This document shows, piece by piece, positions 47,396 through 58,092 of a stretch of DNA of 64,000 nt. The translations under genes were made by a program, and so were the position numbers. The notes beneath the pieces are model-generated. The model worked only from the letters and a program-made list of their open reading frames with translations. It did not search any database and was not told the DNA's origin. The stretch spans positions 704,001 to 768,000 of the forward strand of contig CAWHAE010000010.1 in assembly GCA_963827235.1 (NCBI GenBank), given 5' to 3'. The DNA is from an uncultured bacterium. GTDB taxonomy: Bacteria > Chloroflexota > UBA5177 > JANWHV01. Position 1 is the stretch's first letter. Each line of letters starts with the position of its first letter.

Positions 47396-49027
47396 ATGAA
47401 GCGAGGTGCCGCGGCGCTGGCAATCGTCGTGTCGATGATCATCCCGTCGTGCCTCGGGGCCGGGCAGAGGGCAAACGCTACAGTTCTTTCTGCCGATTCG
47501 CCGGCCTACGGCGGCGTCCTCACGCAGGGCTTCAAGGATGACCTCGCCACGCTCGATCCCGCCATCGGCTATGACTGGAACAATTGGCCGGCCGAGAAGA
47601 TGGTGTTCGACGGCCTGCTGGACTATAACGAAGGCACGACCCTGGAGCCACGGCTGGCAGCCGCGATGCCCGTGATCAGCGACGGCAGCAAGACCTACAC
47701 CTTCACCCTGCGCAAGGGCGTGCAGTTTCAGAATGGACGCGAAGTCACGGCAGACGACGTGGCTTACACGATCAATCGCGTGCTCGATCCCAAGACCAAG
47801 AGCCCCGGCCAGAGCTTCTTCCTCGGCATCCAGGGAGCTCAGGACGTGGCCAACGGCAAGGCCGCCACGGCAAGCGGCATCAGGGTGCTGGGCCGCTACT
47901 CCATCCGCTTTACGCTCAGCGAGCCGGATACGACGTTCCTCAACGTGATGGCTATGAACTTCGCCTACGTAGTGCCGAAGGAAGTCGTGGCCAAGGAAGG
48001 CGCGAACTTCGGCCACGCCCCCGTAGGCACCGGGCCGTTCATCCTCAAGCAATGGGTACCGGGTCAGAAGATCGTCTTTGTGCGCAACCCGCACTACTTC
48101 TACGACAAGCTGCCCTACCTCGACGGAGTCACATTCCTGATCGGCCTGGATCCGGAGGTTGCGTTGCTGCGTCTGCAGAGCGGCCAGCTGGACATGCTGG
48201 CCGATCCGATTCCAGCGGCCGACTTCGCGTCAATCCACAGCGATCCGCGGTATGCCAATCAGCTGGTCAGGTACGTGCAGCCGGAGACAACGTACATCAC
48301 GCTGAACACCCAGGTTGCTCCCTTCAACAACGTGAAGGTGCGACAGGCCGTGAACATGGCGATCGACAAGGATCGCGTTGTGCGGCTGATGGCCGGCCGG
48401 GCGGCGGTGGCAAACCAGATTCTGCCTCCCCTGATGCCCGGCTACGATCCGTCCTACAAGGGCTACGCCTACGACCCGGCACAGGCGCGCAAGCTCCTGA
48501 CCGAGGCAGGGTATCCTCACGGTTTCAGCACCCAGCTCTACGTGCTCAACGTCGATCCGCAGCCGCGCATTGCCCAGTCCATGCAGCGCGACCTTGCCCA
48601 AGTCGGCATAACGGCCAGCGTGGTGCCGCTTGCCTCCGCTACGCTTGTGGACCTGGCCGGCACGCCGCGCAAGGCTCCCATGGTCTGGTCGGGCGGCGAG
48701 GCCTGGCTGCAGGATTTCCCCGATCCGTCCGACTTCTACGGACCGATCTTGAGCTGCGCCTCAGCCGTGCAAGGCGGATGGAACTGGTCATTCTACTGCG
48801 ACAACAAGCTGGACACGCAGGCCGCGCAGCTCAAGTCCATGCCTAACGGGCCGGCGCGCTACGCCGGTTACCGGTCCATGTTCAGCCAGATCATGGCGCA
48901 GGCACCCTGGGTGCCCGTTATTAACGACGTGAACTACGTGCTGCACAGCGCCCAGATCCACGGCAACCCCACCGACTTCACGCACAACGTCCACACCTTC
49001 TTCTATGAGCGGCTGTGGAAGAAATGA
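47396..49027 (+). CDS. Peptide/nickel ABC substrate-binding protein (family 5)
   Basis: TLDP, YTFTLRKGVQF.NG..VTADDV, PVGTGPF, VRQAVNMAID. Confidence 0.92.
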   Translation: MKRGAAALAIVVSMIIPSCLGAGQRANATVLSADSPAYGGVLTQGFKDDLATLDPAIGYDWNNWPAEKMVFDGLLDYNEGTTLEPRLAAAMPVISDGSKTYTFTLRKGVQFQNGREVTADDVAYTINRVLDPKTKSPGQSFFLGIQGAQDVANGKAATASGIRVLGRYSIRFTLSEPDTTFLNVMAMNFAYVVPKEVVAKEGANFGHAPVGTGPFILKQWVPGQKIVFVRNPHYFYDKLPYLDGVTFLIGLDPEVALLRLQSGQLDMLADPIPAADFASIHSDPRYANQLVRYVQPETTYITLNTQVAPFNNVKVRQAVNMAIDKDRVVRLMAGRAAVANQILPPLMPGYDPSYKGYAYDPAQARKLLTEAGYPHGFSTQLYVLNVDPQPRIAQSMQRDLAQVGITASVVPLASATLVDLAGTPRKAPMVWSGGEAWLQDFPDPSDFYGPILSCASAVQGGWNWSFYCDNKLDTQAAQLKSMPNGPARYAGYRSMFSQIMAQAPWVPVINDVNYVLHSAQIHGNPTDFTHNVHTFFYERLWKK

Positions 49028-49034
49028 GGTTGAG

Positions 49035-49979
49035 GTGAGCGTGCGATCCATTCATACGCTCGACGCTGAGCGCTACCAGCACTTCTGGGACAACAGCGTG
49101 CCGCCGGTTCTGACGGTGCGCCCGGGCGAGCCAATCACCGTGGCAACGCGCGACTCCGGCAACTCGCAGATCCAGCCCGGGGACGGCGTGGAGGCTGTGG
49201 TCAACCTCGATTTCTCGCGCGTCAACCCGATAACCGGGCCGATCGCCATCGAAGGAGCCCGGCCGGGAGACGTCCTGCAGGTCGACATCCAGGAGATAGA
49301 CGTTCGCGATTGGGGGTGGACCGCCAGCATCCCGGGCTTCGGCCTGCTGGCGGACGAGTATCCGGATCCGTACGTCAAGCTCTGGCAGTGCGACTGGGAT
49401 CGGCACGTCGCCCAGTTCAAGCCGGGAATCTCCGTGCCCCTCGATCCGTTTGTCGGCGTGATCGGAGTGGCGCCCGAGGAGTCGGGCCAGCACGCTACCG
49501 TGCCGCCTCGCCGGGTTGGCGGCAACATGGACGTTCGTTTCATGCGTGCCGGCACCACGCTCTATCTGCCCGTGGCAGTGGAGGGGGCCCTGTTCTCGAT
49601 CGGCGACCTGCACTGCGCCCAGGGCGACGGCGAAGTGTGCGGCACGGCGATCGAGACGGCCGGCACCGTTGCCCTCAACTTCACCCTGCACCGTTCGTTC
49701 AGCCTCGACTTTCCCATGTACTACGTGGAAGGCCATCTGGTGCGCCGGGGTACAGAGCGGGGTTATCACGCAACCACAGGAATCGGGCCGGACCTGATGG
49801 ACGCGACTCGCGACGCCGTGCGCGGTATGATAGCTTATCTGCACCGCACGCACGACGTGTCGCCGGTGGAAGCCTACGTGCTGTGTTCGGTGGCCGGCGA
49901 CCTGAAAATCAGTGAGGTAGTGGACGCACCGAACTGGGTCGTGTCCTTCCTCGTGCCGGACAGCCTGTTCGACGACTGA
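49035..49979 (+). CDS. Acetamidase/formamidase family protein
   Basis: NPITGPIAIEGARPGDVL, GGNMD, GDLHCAQGDGEVCGTAIE, AYVLCS. Confidence 0.92.
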   Translation: MSVRSIHTLDAERYQHFWDNSVPPVLTVRPGEPITVATRDSGNSQIQPGDGVEAVVNLDFSRVNPITGPIAIEGARPGDVLQVDIQEIDVRDWGWTASIPGFGLLADEYPDPYVKLWQCDWDRHVAQFKPGISVPLDPFVGVIGVAPEESGQHATVPPRRVGGNMDVRFMRAGTTLYLPVAVEGALFSIGDLHCAQGDGEVCGTAIETAGTVALNFTLHRSFSLDFPMYYVEGHLVRRGTERGYHATTGIGPDLMDATRDAVRGMIAYLHRTHDVSPVEAYVLCSVAGDLKISEVVDAPNWVVSFLVPDSLFDD

Positions 49980-50422
49980 AGCTGTTGGTGTGGAACGCGG
50001 TGCGCTTCCACACCGGAGCCCGGCGAGTCTCGAGGGGCGAATCAGGTTCGACCGCCTTCAATCAGGCGATGAGCGTGGTTCGCCCCCGAGGCATACATGA
50101 TCGACCGACTGCTCGGTCTGACTCTGAGCCGCGACATTCGCGTCGCGGTGAATGCCGAGGTGACTGTTTCTTTCGTGCCGACGCAGCCCGAGAAATCGCA
50201 GACATGCCTGAGGCAGCAGGGTCCAGATCTTGCCGAGAAATCGAATTCCCCGCTCACTTCGCGCAGCATGAGCTCTAGATTAGCAAAAGCGTGCGATTGA
50301 CTCGGCGACTCAGCTATCAGACTATTGAACGGGCATACTCGTATCGCCAATGGACCGCGACCCGATGCGAGACCGGCCGGCGTGGCCGAGCAACGAGCGA
50401 GTGGGCGCGTCCGAGGGATTTG

Positions 50423-52024
50423 ATGACTGGTGCCTGGTGGGTCCCCACGAACGTTGCCATGATCTTCGGCGCGGCCATGTCTGTCTGGTTAGCCGTGCTT
50501 GCCTGGCCCCAATCGGTGCCCGGCGGTCGCTGGTTCTCGTTCATGGTGCTTGCCATGGCCGAATGCGAGGGCTTCTGGGCTGCCGAGAATCTCTCGACCG
50601 GCATGTCCACCAAGATCGAGTGGGCCAAGCTGGAGTACTTCGGCATCGCCACCACGCCTCTGCTGGCCTTTCTGTTCATCCGCACGTACTGCGGACGACG
50701 GCAGTCGAGGATCGGGCGCGCGCTCCTGTGGTGCGTACCCAACGTCATCATCGTGCTAGCCCTGACAAACGAGCACCATCGGCTTGTCTGGAGCAGCATC
50801 GTGCCCTCTTCGCACGATCCGGGCGCTCCCCTCGTCTATACTCTGGGAACGGCCGGCCGGTTGCTCGTCCTCTTCAACTACACGCTTCTGGTCTTGACGA
50901 TATTTGCAGTGTTTCAATGGGCGAGGCACGCGCAGCACATGTATCGGCGCCAGGCGCTGGTCGCCATTGCCGGTATCACCATCCCCTTTGCTGGCAGCGC
51001 GCTCTACACGCTGAAATGGGTTCCGGCGCCGTTCGGAGATCTGCTTCCCCTGTCGATCACCGTGTCGGCGGCACTGGTCTATCTGGCGATCTTTCGCTTC
51101 CGTTTCCTGGACCTCATTCCCATCGCCCGCGCCACCCTGGTCGAAAGCATGGTGGACGGGCTGCTCGTCGTCGACTCCCGGCAGCGAGTCGTGGACAGCA
51201 ACCCGGCTGCACAGCGGCTGCTCTCGTCAAACGCCAGGCAGCTCACGGGGGAGAACATGGCAGACCTGTTGGGGCAGGCACCGTGCATCTGCCGCGCCCT
51301 GGACGCCACGCAGTCAGTGACCTTCGAGATGCGCGCTCCTTCGGACGAACGCCTCCACCTGGAAGTGCAGGCGATTCCGCTGCGAGTGCGGCGCTCGGAG
51401 GGCGGCCGCCTCTTTGTGTTCCGGGACATCACGGCAAAGTGGCACGTCGAAGAGGAGCTTCGCGCGCAGCTCCAGCGAAACATGGCGCTCCAGCAAGAGC
51501 TGCGGGAGGAGGCCATCCGCGATTCGCTCACCGGCACGTTCAATCGCCGGCTATTCCAGGAAGCGCTGATACGAGAAGTGGCACGCGCTCAGCGCGAACG
51601 GGTCTCGATGGGGCTCATCGTGATCGACCTCGACAATTTCAAGGCGGTGAACGACCGCCACGGGCACCAGGCAGGCGACCGCGTGCTCCAGGCGGTGTCC
51701 GCGCTCCTGCAGTCTGAAACGCGGTCCGGCGACGTCGTGTGCCGCTACGGCGGCGAGGAATTCGTCGTCGTCATGCCCGGCGCGACTGCCGGCGCCGCCT
51801 GCCGCAGAGCCGAGCAGTGGCGGCGCGACGTGGAGTCGATGTGCGTCGACTACGAGGGTGCGATACTGCACGTCACGTTCTCGGCCGGAGTGTCCGCTTA
51901 TCCGGCATCGGCGAACAATGCCGACGAGGTCTTGAGGGCGGCGGATCATGCGCTCTTCGAGGCGAAGCGAGCCGGGCGTAACAACGTGTGCATGGCCGCC
52001 AGCCAGGAACTGGTGTCCGTGTAG
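50423..52024 (+). CDS. HisKA_7TM membrane sensor + PAS + GGDEF diguanylate cyclase
   Basis: LALTN..H.L.W 7TM motif; DGLLVVD..NPAA PAS; RSGD I-site and RYGGEEF; AKRAGRN. Confidence 0.9.
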   Translation: MTGAWWVPTNVAMIFGAAMSVWLAVLAWPQSVPGGRWFSFMVLAMAECEGFWAAENLSTGMSTKIEWAKLEYFGIATTPLLAFLFIRTYCGRRQSRIGRALLWCVPNVIIVLALTNEHHRLVWSSIVPSSHDPGAPLVYTLGTAGRLLVLFNYTLLVLTIFAVFQWARHAQHMYRRQALVAIAGITIPFAGSALYTLKWVPAPFGDLLPLSITVSAALVYLAIFRFRFLDLIPIARATLVESMVDGLLVVDSRQRVVDSNPAAQRLLSSNARQLTGENMADLLGQAPCICRALDATQSVTFEMRAPSDERLHLEVQAIPLRVRRSEGGRLFVFRDITAKWHVEEELRAQLQRNMALQQELREEAIRDSLTGTFNRRLFQEALIREVARAQRERVSMGLIVIDLDNFKAVNDRHGHQAGDRVLQAVSALLQSETRSGDVVCRYGGEEFVVVMPGATAGAACRRAEQWRRDVESMCVDYEGAILHVTFSAGVSAYPASANNADEVLRAADHALFEAKRAGRNNVCMAASQELVSV

Positions 52025-52080
52025 TCCGCGGCAGGCCCGGACATCTCTCCGGCCGGCCTCAGATCATGATAGCCACGGGA

Positions 52081-54348
52081 TCAGCCGTTGCTCGAGCCAG
52101 CGGTAGACTTGTTGGCGAGCTCCTGCAGGTCTGCGCACATCGTCTTGCTCCAACCCACATTGCCGGCGCTGCCGGCGACCGAGAACACATTGCCGCAGTC
52201 GTAGACGCCTGCCACGCCGGTATCGACGGCCACGACGTGGCTCATGCGGACCTTCGACACGTCCGACTGCACCTGGAACACGAAGGTCGCCGAGCGCTGC
52301 ACGAGGAGGTGGTCGAAGGTGATATTGGAGATCATCTCGTTCCCGGTGAACTGTATGGCCTCCTGCGTGCTGTCGTCTATCTCATCATCCGAAACCACAG
52401 TATCGGCGTCGATGTCGTGCGTCTGCGCGTAAAACCAGATGGCGCCGACGCCGTAGCCCCAGTTGGGATCGACCTGCCCCGTGCGAACGAGCAGATTACC
52501 CGATACGTCGATCCGCCCACTCAGCGGCACAACGGCTGAGCCGTAATCGCGGTTGCCGATGTTGATACCCCCTCCCTGGGTCAGCGTGTCGGTGAGATAG
52601 TTGTCAAGCACACTGTTCTGATGTCCGCCATACATGGCGACATTATTGGCGAGATACGGGATCTGCACCGTGTCGTGCCTGAAGACGTCGAACGAGTCGG
52701 GATCGACGTCCGACCACAACGCCAGACCGTCGTCACCGGTATTGCGTACCTGGCACTGCTCGACCGTCACGTTGCTGATCCCGTCGTGCAGATTTATACC
52801 ATCGGCGGTGAGATCGCGCATGCGGTCACCCACCACGAGCAGGTCGCTGAATGGGCCGTCAAACCACATCCCGACCTTGGTGTGCTCGATCCAGACGTTC
52901 TGTATGATCGAGCCGCCGCCGATCGAGCCGCCGAAGCCGTTGACCTGCTGATTATCCATGCGGTCGGCCGTCTCCCCCTCGATCATCAGGTCGTAGACCT
53001 GCACGTGGGTGCTGGCCAGGCGGCTGCCGTCGGCATTCGCCGGGTACGTCTGGTTCGTGTTTGACACATAGTCGCCATAGAGACCCACGCCGGGGCCCTT
53101 GAGCACCGTGTACCACGGACCGGCGCCGCGAAGCGTGACCCGATTGAGCAGGATGTGTCCCGTTACCCTGTAGGTGCCCGCCGGAATGTAGAGTCCCCGC
53201 TGCTGCTTCTCGGCGGCGTCCACGGCGCGCTGCAGAGCCCTGGTAGAGTCGGCTATCCCGGTCTTGTCGGCGCCGAAATCCGTTGCCGACAGATATCCGC
53301 CCGGCATAGCGTAGGGAGCCGGCACCTGCTCGAAATCTGCCATGTCGACGGTGTAGGCAGGCGCGGTGTCGCCGGGATCCACCTGAACACGCACGGTGGT
53401 ACCCGAAGGCAGCAGAGAGGGGAACAGCACGCGCACCTCGTCGTAGAAGTGGTGCCCGCCCAGGCCCTGCGGGTTGTTGGTGAACGGGTAATTGCCGTAC
53501 AGCCAGGTGTACTTCGAGGTGACCACCAGCGGATGTTGCGCATGGCCATCAACGTAGAGGCCGAGCCGGGCGGTAATCCCTTTGCCATCCTTCGAGTCGG
53601 GAACGCTGTAGCGCAGCGTCATGCCGTTGGCAGCCCGGTTGAGCGAGAATTCGACGTACTGTCCGAACCTGTCAAGCGTCACGGCCTTGCGCCCCGAGGC
53701 CTCTGCGGCCAGATCGCCGAATACACGGCTGGGCCCGATCACCGTGCCGTTGCTCTTCGCGTCTTCCGCTTCGTACTCCTGATACGGCACCGTGGCGCCC
53801 CTCGCCGCCAGGGCGCTGCCTCCGGCAATGGAGATGCCGTCCAGGCTAACCGCGGCTTTGCTACCGCGCTCGAACACGTAGGCTACGGTGTTGATGCCGG
53901 TCCGCAGGGCGACTGCAACGACCACCGTGGACCAGTGCGATGATGAGCCGGTCGGTGTCAAGACGATCTCGGTCGACCGCAGTCCGTTCGCGTAGATCGC
54001 AAGCGGCTTCGAGGCGACCGCGCCGTTGGCGTACCGCAGGGAGACCGCGTAGACGCCGTCGCGGGGAGCGCCGACGACGAAAACGGCCTCGGCGCCTGCA
54101 GTGGTGAAGCCAGTGAGATAGCCAGTGTCCGCATTGCCCGGCCCGGCGGATCGGCTCACCGCGCCGCTAGCCCAGGCATCCGCGGCCCGGTAGGTCACCG
54201 CTGGGACGGCAATGGCGGTAGGCCGAGCGACCGGTGCAGTCGCCCTATCGGATGCGATGGCGGGAACGGCGCGACAACCGCCCGAGAGCAGCATGGCTAC
54301 GAACGCCAGTCGAGCCACGGCGCGGCGCGTTGAACCTGTGTCCGGCAT
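52081..54348 (-). CDS. Secreted GH87 alpha-1,3-glucanase/mycodextranase with N-terminal CBM6/35-like module
   Basis: SLRYANG CBM; RGATVPYQEYEAE, EASGRKAV, RYSVPD, HHFYDE, WIEHTKVGMWFDG, ADGIN, RNTGDDGLALW. Confidence 0.82.
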   Translation of the reverse strand: MPDTGSTRRAVARLAFVAMLLSGGCRAVPAIASDRATAPVARPTAIAVPAVTYRAADAWASGAVSRSAGPGNADTGYLTGFTTAGAEAVFVVGAPRDGVYAVSLRYANGAVASKPLAIYANGLRSTEIVLTPTGSSSHWSTVVVAVALRTGINTVAYVFERGSKAAVSLDGISIAGGSALAARGATVPYQEYEAEDAKSNGTVIGPSRVFGDLAAEASGRKAVTLDRFGQYVEFSLNRAANGMTLRYSVPDSKDGKGITARLGLYVDGHAQHPLVVTSKYTWLYGNYPFTNNPQGLGGHHFYDEVRVLFPSLLPSGTTVRVQVDPGDTAPAYTVDMADFEQVPAPYAMPGGYLSATDFGADKTGIADSTRALQRAVDAAEKQQRGLYIPAGTYRVTGHILLNRVTLRGAGPWYTVLKGPGVGLYGDYVSNTNQTYPANADGSRLASTHVQVYDLMIEGETADRMDNQQVNGFGGSIGGGSIIQNVWIEHTKVGMWFDGPFSDLLVVGDRMRDLTADGINLHDGISNVTVEQCQVRNTGDDGLALWSDVDPDSFDVFRHDTVQIPYLANNVAMYGGHQNSVLDNYLTDTLTQGGGINIGNRDYGSAVVPLSGRIDVSGNLLVRTGQVDPNWGYGVGAIWFYAQTHDIDADTVVSDDEIDDSTQEAIQFTGNEMISNITFDHLLVQRSATFVFQVQSDVSKVRMSHVVAVDTGVAGVYDCGNVFSVAGSAGNVGWSKTMCADLQELANKSTAGSSNG

Positions 54349-54521
54349 ACCGGCAACTCCTTCCCAACTGACAGCGGGAATCCGTCGCCGGGGAGCGGCC
54401 CGGGCGACACTTCTGCATCGAATGCCGCGTCCCGCCTGCATCTCCTGCCATGATCCGCGCCGGACTGGAATCGATTCCCGCTCACATCACTGCGCGGGCG
54501 GAGCAAGCAGCGTACCCTGGG

Positions 54522-55508
54522 TCAGCCGGTCAAGCCGGTAAGAGAGATGCCGCGAATGATCTGTCGCTGAAAGACGACGAACAAGATGATTGGCGGTACG
54601 CTCATCATGCCGAAGGCGGCGAACAGGACGTTGACCGGTGTGCCAAGACCCGCACTGTGCCACTGGTAGTACAGGTAGACCATCAGATTCTGGTGGTCCA
54701 GGTCGCCCGAGGTGACCACGTACGGCCACAGGAAGTCCTTCCAGGTCGCCATCATGGTCAGGATGCTGATCACGGCCAGCACGGCCTTGGACATGGGCAG
54801 GGTAATGCGCACCAGCAGATCCAGCGCGTTGGCACCGTCGATCCTGGCTGCCGCGATCAGCTCGTCTGGAATATCGTCGAAGAAACTCTTCAGCAGAAAC
54901 AGATTGAACGCGCTCACGGCTTCCGGCAGCAGTATGCCAAGGTACGTCAAGTTGCCGGAACCGATGTTCCAGTGCACCAGCGGGAGAGCGGAGATATTGA
55001 CGTACTGCGGTATCAGGTAGCAGACCGGTGGAACCAGGAGCGTGACCAGGAAGAAGCCCAGGATAATCGTGCCGAAGGCCGGCTTGAGCTTCGAGAGAGA
55101 GAAGGCCGCCGTCACCGATACGAGTACCTGAAACACCAGCGACCCGGCCACCAGAATCAGTGTGTGATTCAGGTATGCTCCCAGGTCAAGGAGGTCCCAG
55201 GTGTTGCCGAAGTTGCCCCAGTCCGGGTTATGTGGAAACCAGGTAGGCGGCAAGCCGCCGATCTCTTGAGAGGTCTTGAAGCCATCGCTGAACAGCCAGT
55301 AGAGCGGGACGAACGTCGTGAGCGACAGGAGCAGCAGGGCGGCAAACACGACCCAGTATCCCAGCCGCACGGACGGACGACGGTAGTCGAGTGAGGACAG
55401 GATACCCCGCTCGTCGGACGTCGACCAGCGGCGAGACCGGCCCGGCCGGTTTATGGGCCGCATCCCGGCTTGCCGCCCAGGCGAGGACGGTGTCGACGTT
55501 CCGAGCAT
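54522..55508 (-). CDS. Carbohydrate ABC permease (MalG type)
   Basis: FFDDIPDELIAAARIDGA, WKDFLWP. Confidence 0.92.
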   Translation of the reverse strand: MLGTSTPSSPGRQAGMRPINRPGRSRRWSTSDERGILSSLDYRRPSVRLGYWVVFAALLLLSLTTFVPLYWLFSDGFKTSQEIGGLPPTWFPHNPDWGNFGNTWDLLDLGAYLNHTLILVAGSLVFQVLVSVTAAFSLSKLKPAFGTIILGFFLVTLLVPPVCYLIPQYVNISALPLVHWNIGSGNLTYLGILLPEAVSAFNLFLLKSFFDDIPDELIAAARIDGANALDLLVRITLPMSKAVLAVISILTMMATWKDFLWPYVVTSGDLDHQNLMVYLYYQWHSAGLGTPVNVLFAAFGMMSVPPIILFVVFQRQIIRGISLTGLTG

Positions 55509-55526
55509 CTAAGCATCACTCCTACG

Positions 55527-56480
55527 CTAGCGCGCGAAACGCCGCGTGATCAGGTAGTACAGAACAGAGAAGAAGGCCAAGACAAAGAAGAGCAGCACGC
55601 CGAGCGCGCTTGCCTCGCCCCACGCACCATAGGTGAATGCCATCTGGTAGAGCGCGATCATGACGGTCGTGGTCGCCTGATTGGGTCCGCCCTGGTTGAA
55701 CGCCCAGGGCTCGGTGAAGATCTGCATCGTAGCGATGATCTGAAGCACGAGCATGATCAGCATGACCACGCGAAGCTGCGGCACCGTGATGTGGAAGAGC
55801 CGACCCCAGATTGACGCTCCGTCGATCTCGGCAGCCTCGTAGAGATGGGCCGGGATGCCTTGCAGCGCGGCGAGATAGATCAGCATGGTCCCACCGGCAT
55901 TTGCCCAGGTTGTGACGAGCACCAATGACCACATAGCCTGGTGCGGATCACTGATCCAGCCTTGCGGACCGATGTTCACCCATCCCAGCAGCTCGTTGAA
56001 GAAACCGGAAGGATCGGGATCGTAGAACCAGTTCCAGAGGAACACGCCGACCAGGGGCGGGAGCACCACGGGCAGGTAGAACGCGGCACGAAAGAACGAG
56101 CGCCAGTGGCGGATCTCGTTGAGCGCCAGCGCCAGCGTGACGGGCACGATGTATCCCATCAGCAGCGCGTAGACGGTGTACTTCACGGTGTTCCACCACA
56201 CGGTCCCCATGGGGAACAACGGGTCGTTGAACAGCTTGCGAAAGTTGTCCAGGCCGACGAAGGGCGTCGGGGCGCCCGGCGCAAGCACCTTCACGCTTTC
56301 GACGCTGAGAAAGAATCCCTTGATAATCGGATACCAGGCGAAGACCGCGTAGATCACAATCGCCGGAAGCAAGAAGAGATAGGCCGTCGTGTTGCGTGCC
56401 ACGCCTCGCCTCAACCGCGCGCCCAGGCTCATTCGAGGCGCCAGGCTGACGCGCGAGGAGGATTCGGCGGCCGGCAGCAT
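55527..56480 (-). CDS. Carbohydrate ABC permease (MalF type)
   Basis: FVGLDNF, YLAALQGIP..LYEAAEIDGA, HITVPQL. Confidence 0.92.
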   Translation of the reverse strand: MLPAAESSSRVSLAPRMSLGARLRRGVARNTTAYLFLLPAIVIYAVFAWYPIIKGFFLSVESVKVLAPGAPTPFVGLDNFRKLFNDPLFPMGTVWWNTVKYTVYALLMGYIVPVTLALALNEIRHWRSFFRAAFYLPVVLPPLVGVFLWNWFYDPDPSGFFNELLGWVNIGPQGWISDPHQAMWSLVLVTTWANAGGTMLIYLAALQGIPAHLYEAAEIDGASIWGRLFHITVPQLRVVMLIMLVLQIIATMQIFTEPWAFNQGGPNQATTTVMIALYQMAFTYGAWGEASALGVLLFFVLAFFSVLYYLITRRFAR

Positions 56481-56529
56481 GCTTGACTTCCTATCTCTTC
56501 CTGGTGACGGCGTCGCGGCAGAGCGGAGC

Positions 56530-57930
56530 TTACGACTGGTCGGCGTCGAGTATCGCCTGGAACTTCTTGTTCGCGTCGTCGAGCAGGGACTGCGGGCTCG
56601 ACGAGCGGTCCGTCAGCACGGCCTGCACGCAGGTGTCCAGCAGCGCGTACATCTTCTGCGCCTCGACGCGCGGCTCGGGTGTCAGGGTCTGGGTGCTGCA
56701 GGCCTGCACGAAGTACTTATAGTTAGCGATCGGCGCGTTTCTGTACTTGGCGTCGATCGCGTCGATAGCCTTCTTCAGTGCCCCGCCGACCACGATGTTC
56801 GCCGGAATGCCGACCACGCCGCCGCCGGCAATCTGCGACTTGTCGTGCGCGGCCCACGAGGTGAGATCCCAGTAGCGGAAGTTCGTGAAATCGAGTGCCG
56901 CGCTGGTGACGGCATCCGACGAGCCAGGCTTGACCAGCTGAACGTCACCGCCCATGAGCGTGGCGTTGCCGCCGCCCTGAGGAAGCCCTGCCAGCACGAA
57001 GTCGTTGATATCGGCCTGGAACTGCGTCTTGAAGAACCTGGGTTGGTCGCCGGCCAGGATGCCCATGCCGATCGAGCCGTTAGCCAGAGCGGCCGTATTG
57101 TCGTTGTAGCCCATCTCGCGCGGACCGATCGACTTGTCTATCCAGCGCATGTCGTGAAGTAGCTGCAGCGGCTTCACGCAGTTGGGCGAGTTGACGTTGG
57201 CCACCGGCTTGCCGTTCTGTTCGGTCTCGGGCTGGCCGCCGAAGCTGTACATCATAGCGGTCAGATGCCAGCCACCCGTGTTGGCCAGGCTCAGCGGCGC
57301 GAATCCGTAGCGGCCGACGCCGACCTTGGCCAAGACCTTGGCGTAGGCCCGGAACTGATCCCACGTGGCCGGCGGTGAATCAGGATCGAGTCCTACGCCC
57401 TTGAACATGCTCCTTCTGTAGGCCATGCCGAGCGCGTAGGCGTCGACGGGAAAGCCGTAGATCTTCCCGGACGCGTCGCTGATCGTCTTCAGCACGCTGG
57501 GCGCGATGCTGGAGTACCAGGACCACTTCTTCATGTACGACGAAATGTCCTTGGCATAGCCGACCTGGATGAGGTGTTGCACGTCGGTGAAGTACACCTT
57601 GTAGGTGTCCTCGACGTTGCCTACCGCATAGTGCGCGTAGAACGTGGTCGGAGCGAAGGAATCGACCTTGCCGACCACCGTGATGTTGGGGTGCGCCTTC
57701 TCGAAGCGCGCCACGGTGTCGTTGTAGGAGGCGAGGTTCACCTTGTCGGACGACGCGGGCTCGTCGTTGAGCGTGAACGAGATCTGAGCGTCGGCTGCCG
57801 GAGCGGCGAGCGCGGTGGTCGAAGAACGGATGAGGTCGGCGCCGCAGGCAGCCGCGACGCCGGCCGCGGCGGACCTGGCGACGAACGATCGGCGCGAGAT
57901 CGCCTTCTTGGATAGACACTTGTCGGTCAT
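56530..57930 (-). CDS. Carbohydrate ABC substrate-binding protein with Tat signal
   Basis: ISRRSFV twin-arginine motif; FEKAHPNI, GKIYGFP, GLDPDSPPATWDQF. Confidence 0.9.
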   Translation of the reverse strand: MTDKCLSKKAISRRSFVARSAAAGVAAACGADLIRSSTTALAAPAADAQISFTLNDEPASSDKVNLASYNDTVARFEKAHPNITVVGKVDSFAPTTFYAHYAVGNVEDTYKVYFTDVQHLIQVGYAKDISSYMKKWSWYSSIAPSVLKTISDASGKIYGFPVDAYALGMAYRRSMFKGVGLDPDSPPATWDQFRAYAKVLAKVGVGRYGFAPLSLANTGGWHLTAMMYSFGGQPETEQNGKPVANVNSPNCVKPLQLLHDMRWIDKSIGPREMGYNDNTAALANGSIGMGILAGDQPRFFKTQFQADINDFVLAGLPQGGGNATLMGGDVQLVKPGSSDAVTSAALDFTNFRYWDLTSWAAHDKSQIAGGGVVGIPANIVVGGALKKAIDAIDAKYRNAPIANYKYFVQACSTQTLTPEPRVEAQKMYALLDTCVQAVLTDRSSSPQSLLDDANKKFQAILDADQS

Positions 57931-58065
57931 TGTGGCCCCCTCTTCGGAACCTTCTGCTATCCCACCGCCCTCTTCGGGGGGCGGCTCAGCTCGCAACAAT
58001 ACGATGTGCCCCGTGGCCAAGCTGTTGTTACGGTACAACCCCGGATAAGGACTCCCTTCACCTTA

Positions 58066-58092
58066 TTGAAACGTTCCAAAGTATGCTACACT
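58066..58092 (+). promoter_or_regulatory. LacI-type operator/promoter between the sugar ABC operon and the LacI gene
   Basis: TTGAAACGTTCCAA followed by TGcTACACT at the same spacing as the copy at 40474. Confidence 0.7.

Noticed and set aside
49985-50300. Short ORFs, one with weak resemblance to a zinc dehydrogenase segment
   Set aside because: Too short and atypical to call; at most a remnant.
54522-57930. Sugar ABC operon lacking an ATPase
   Set aside because: Common for carbohydrate ABC systems that share an MsiK/MsmX-type ATPase.
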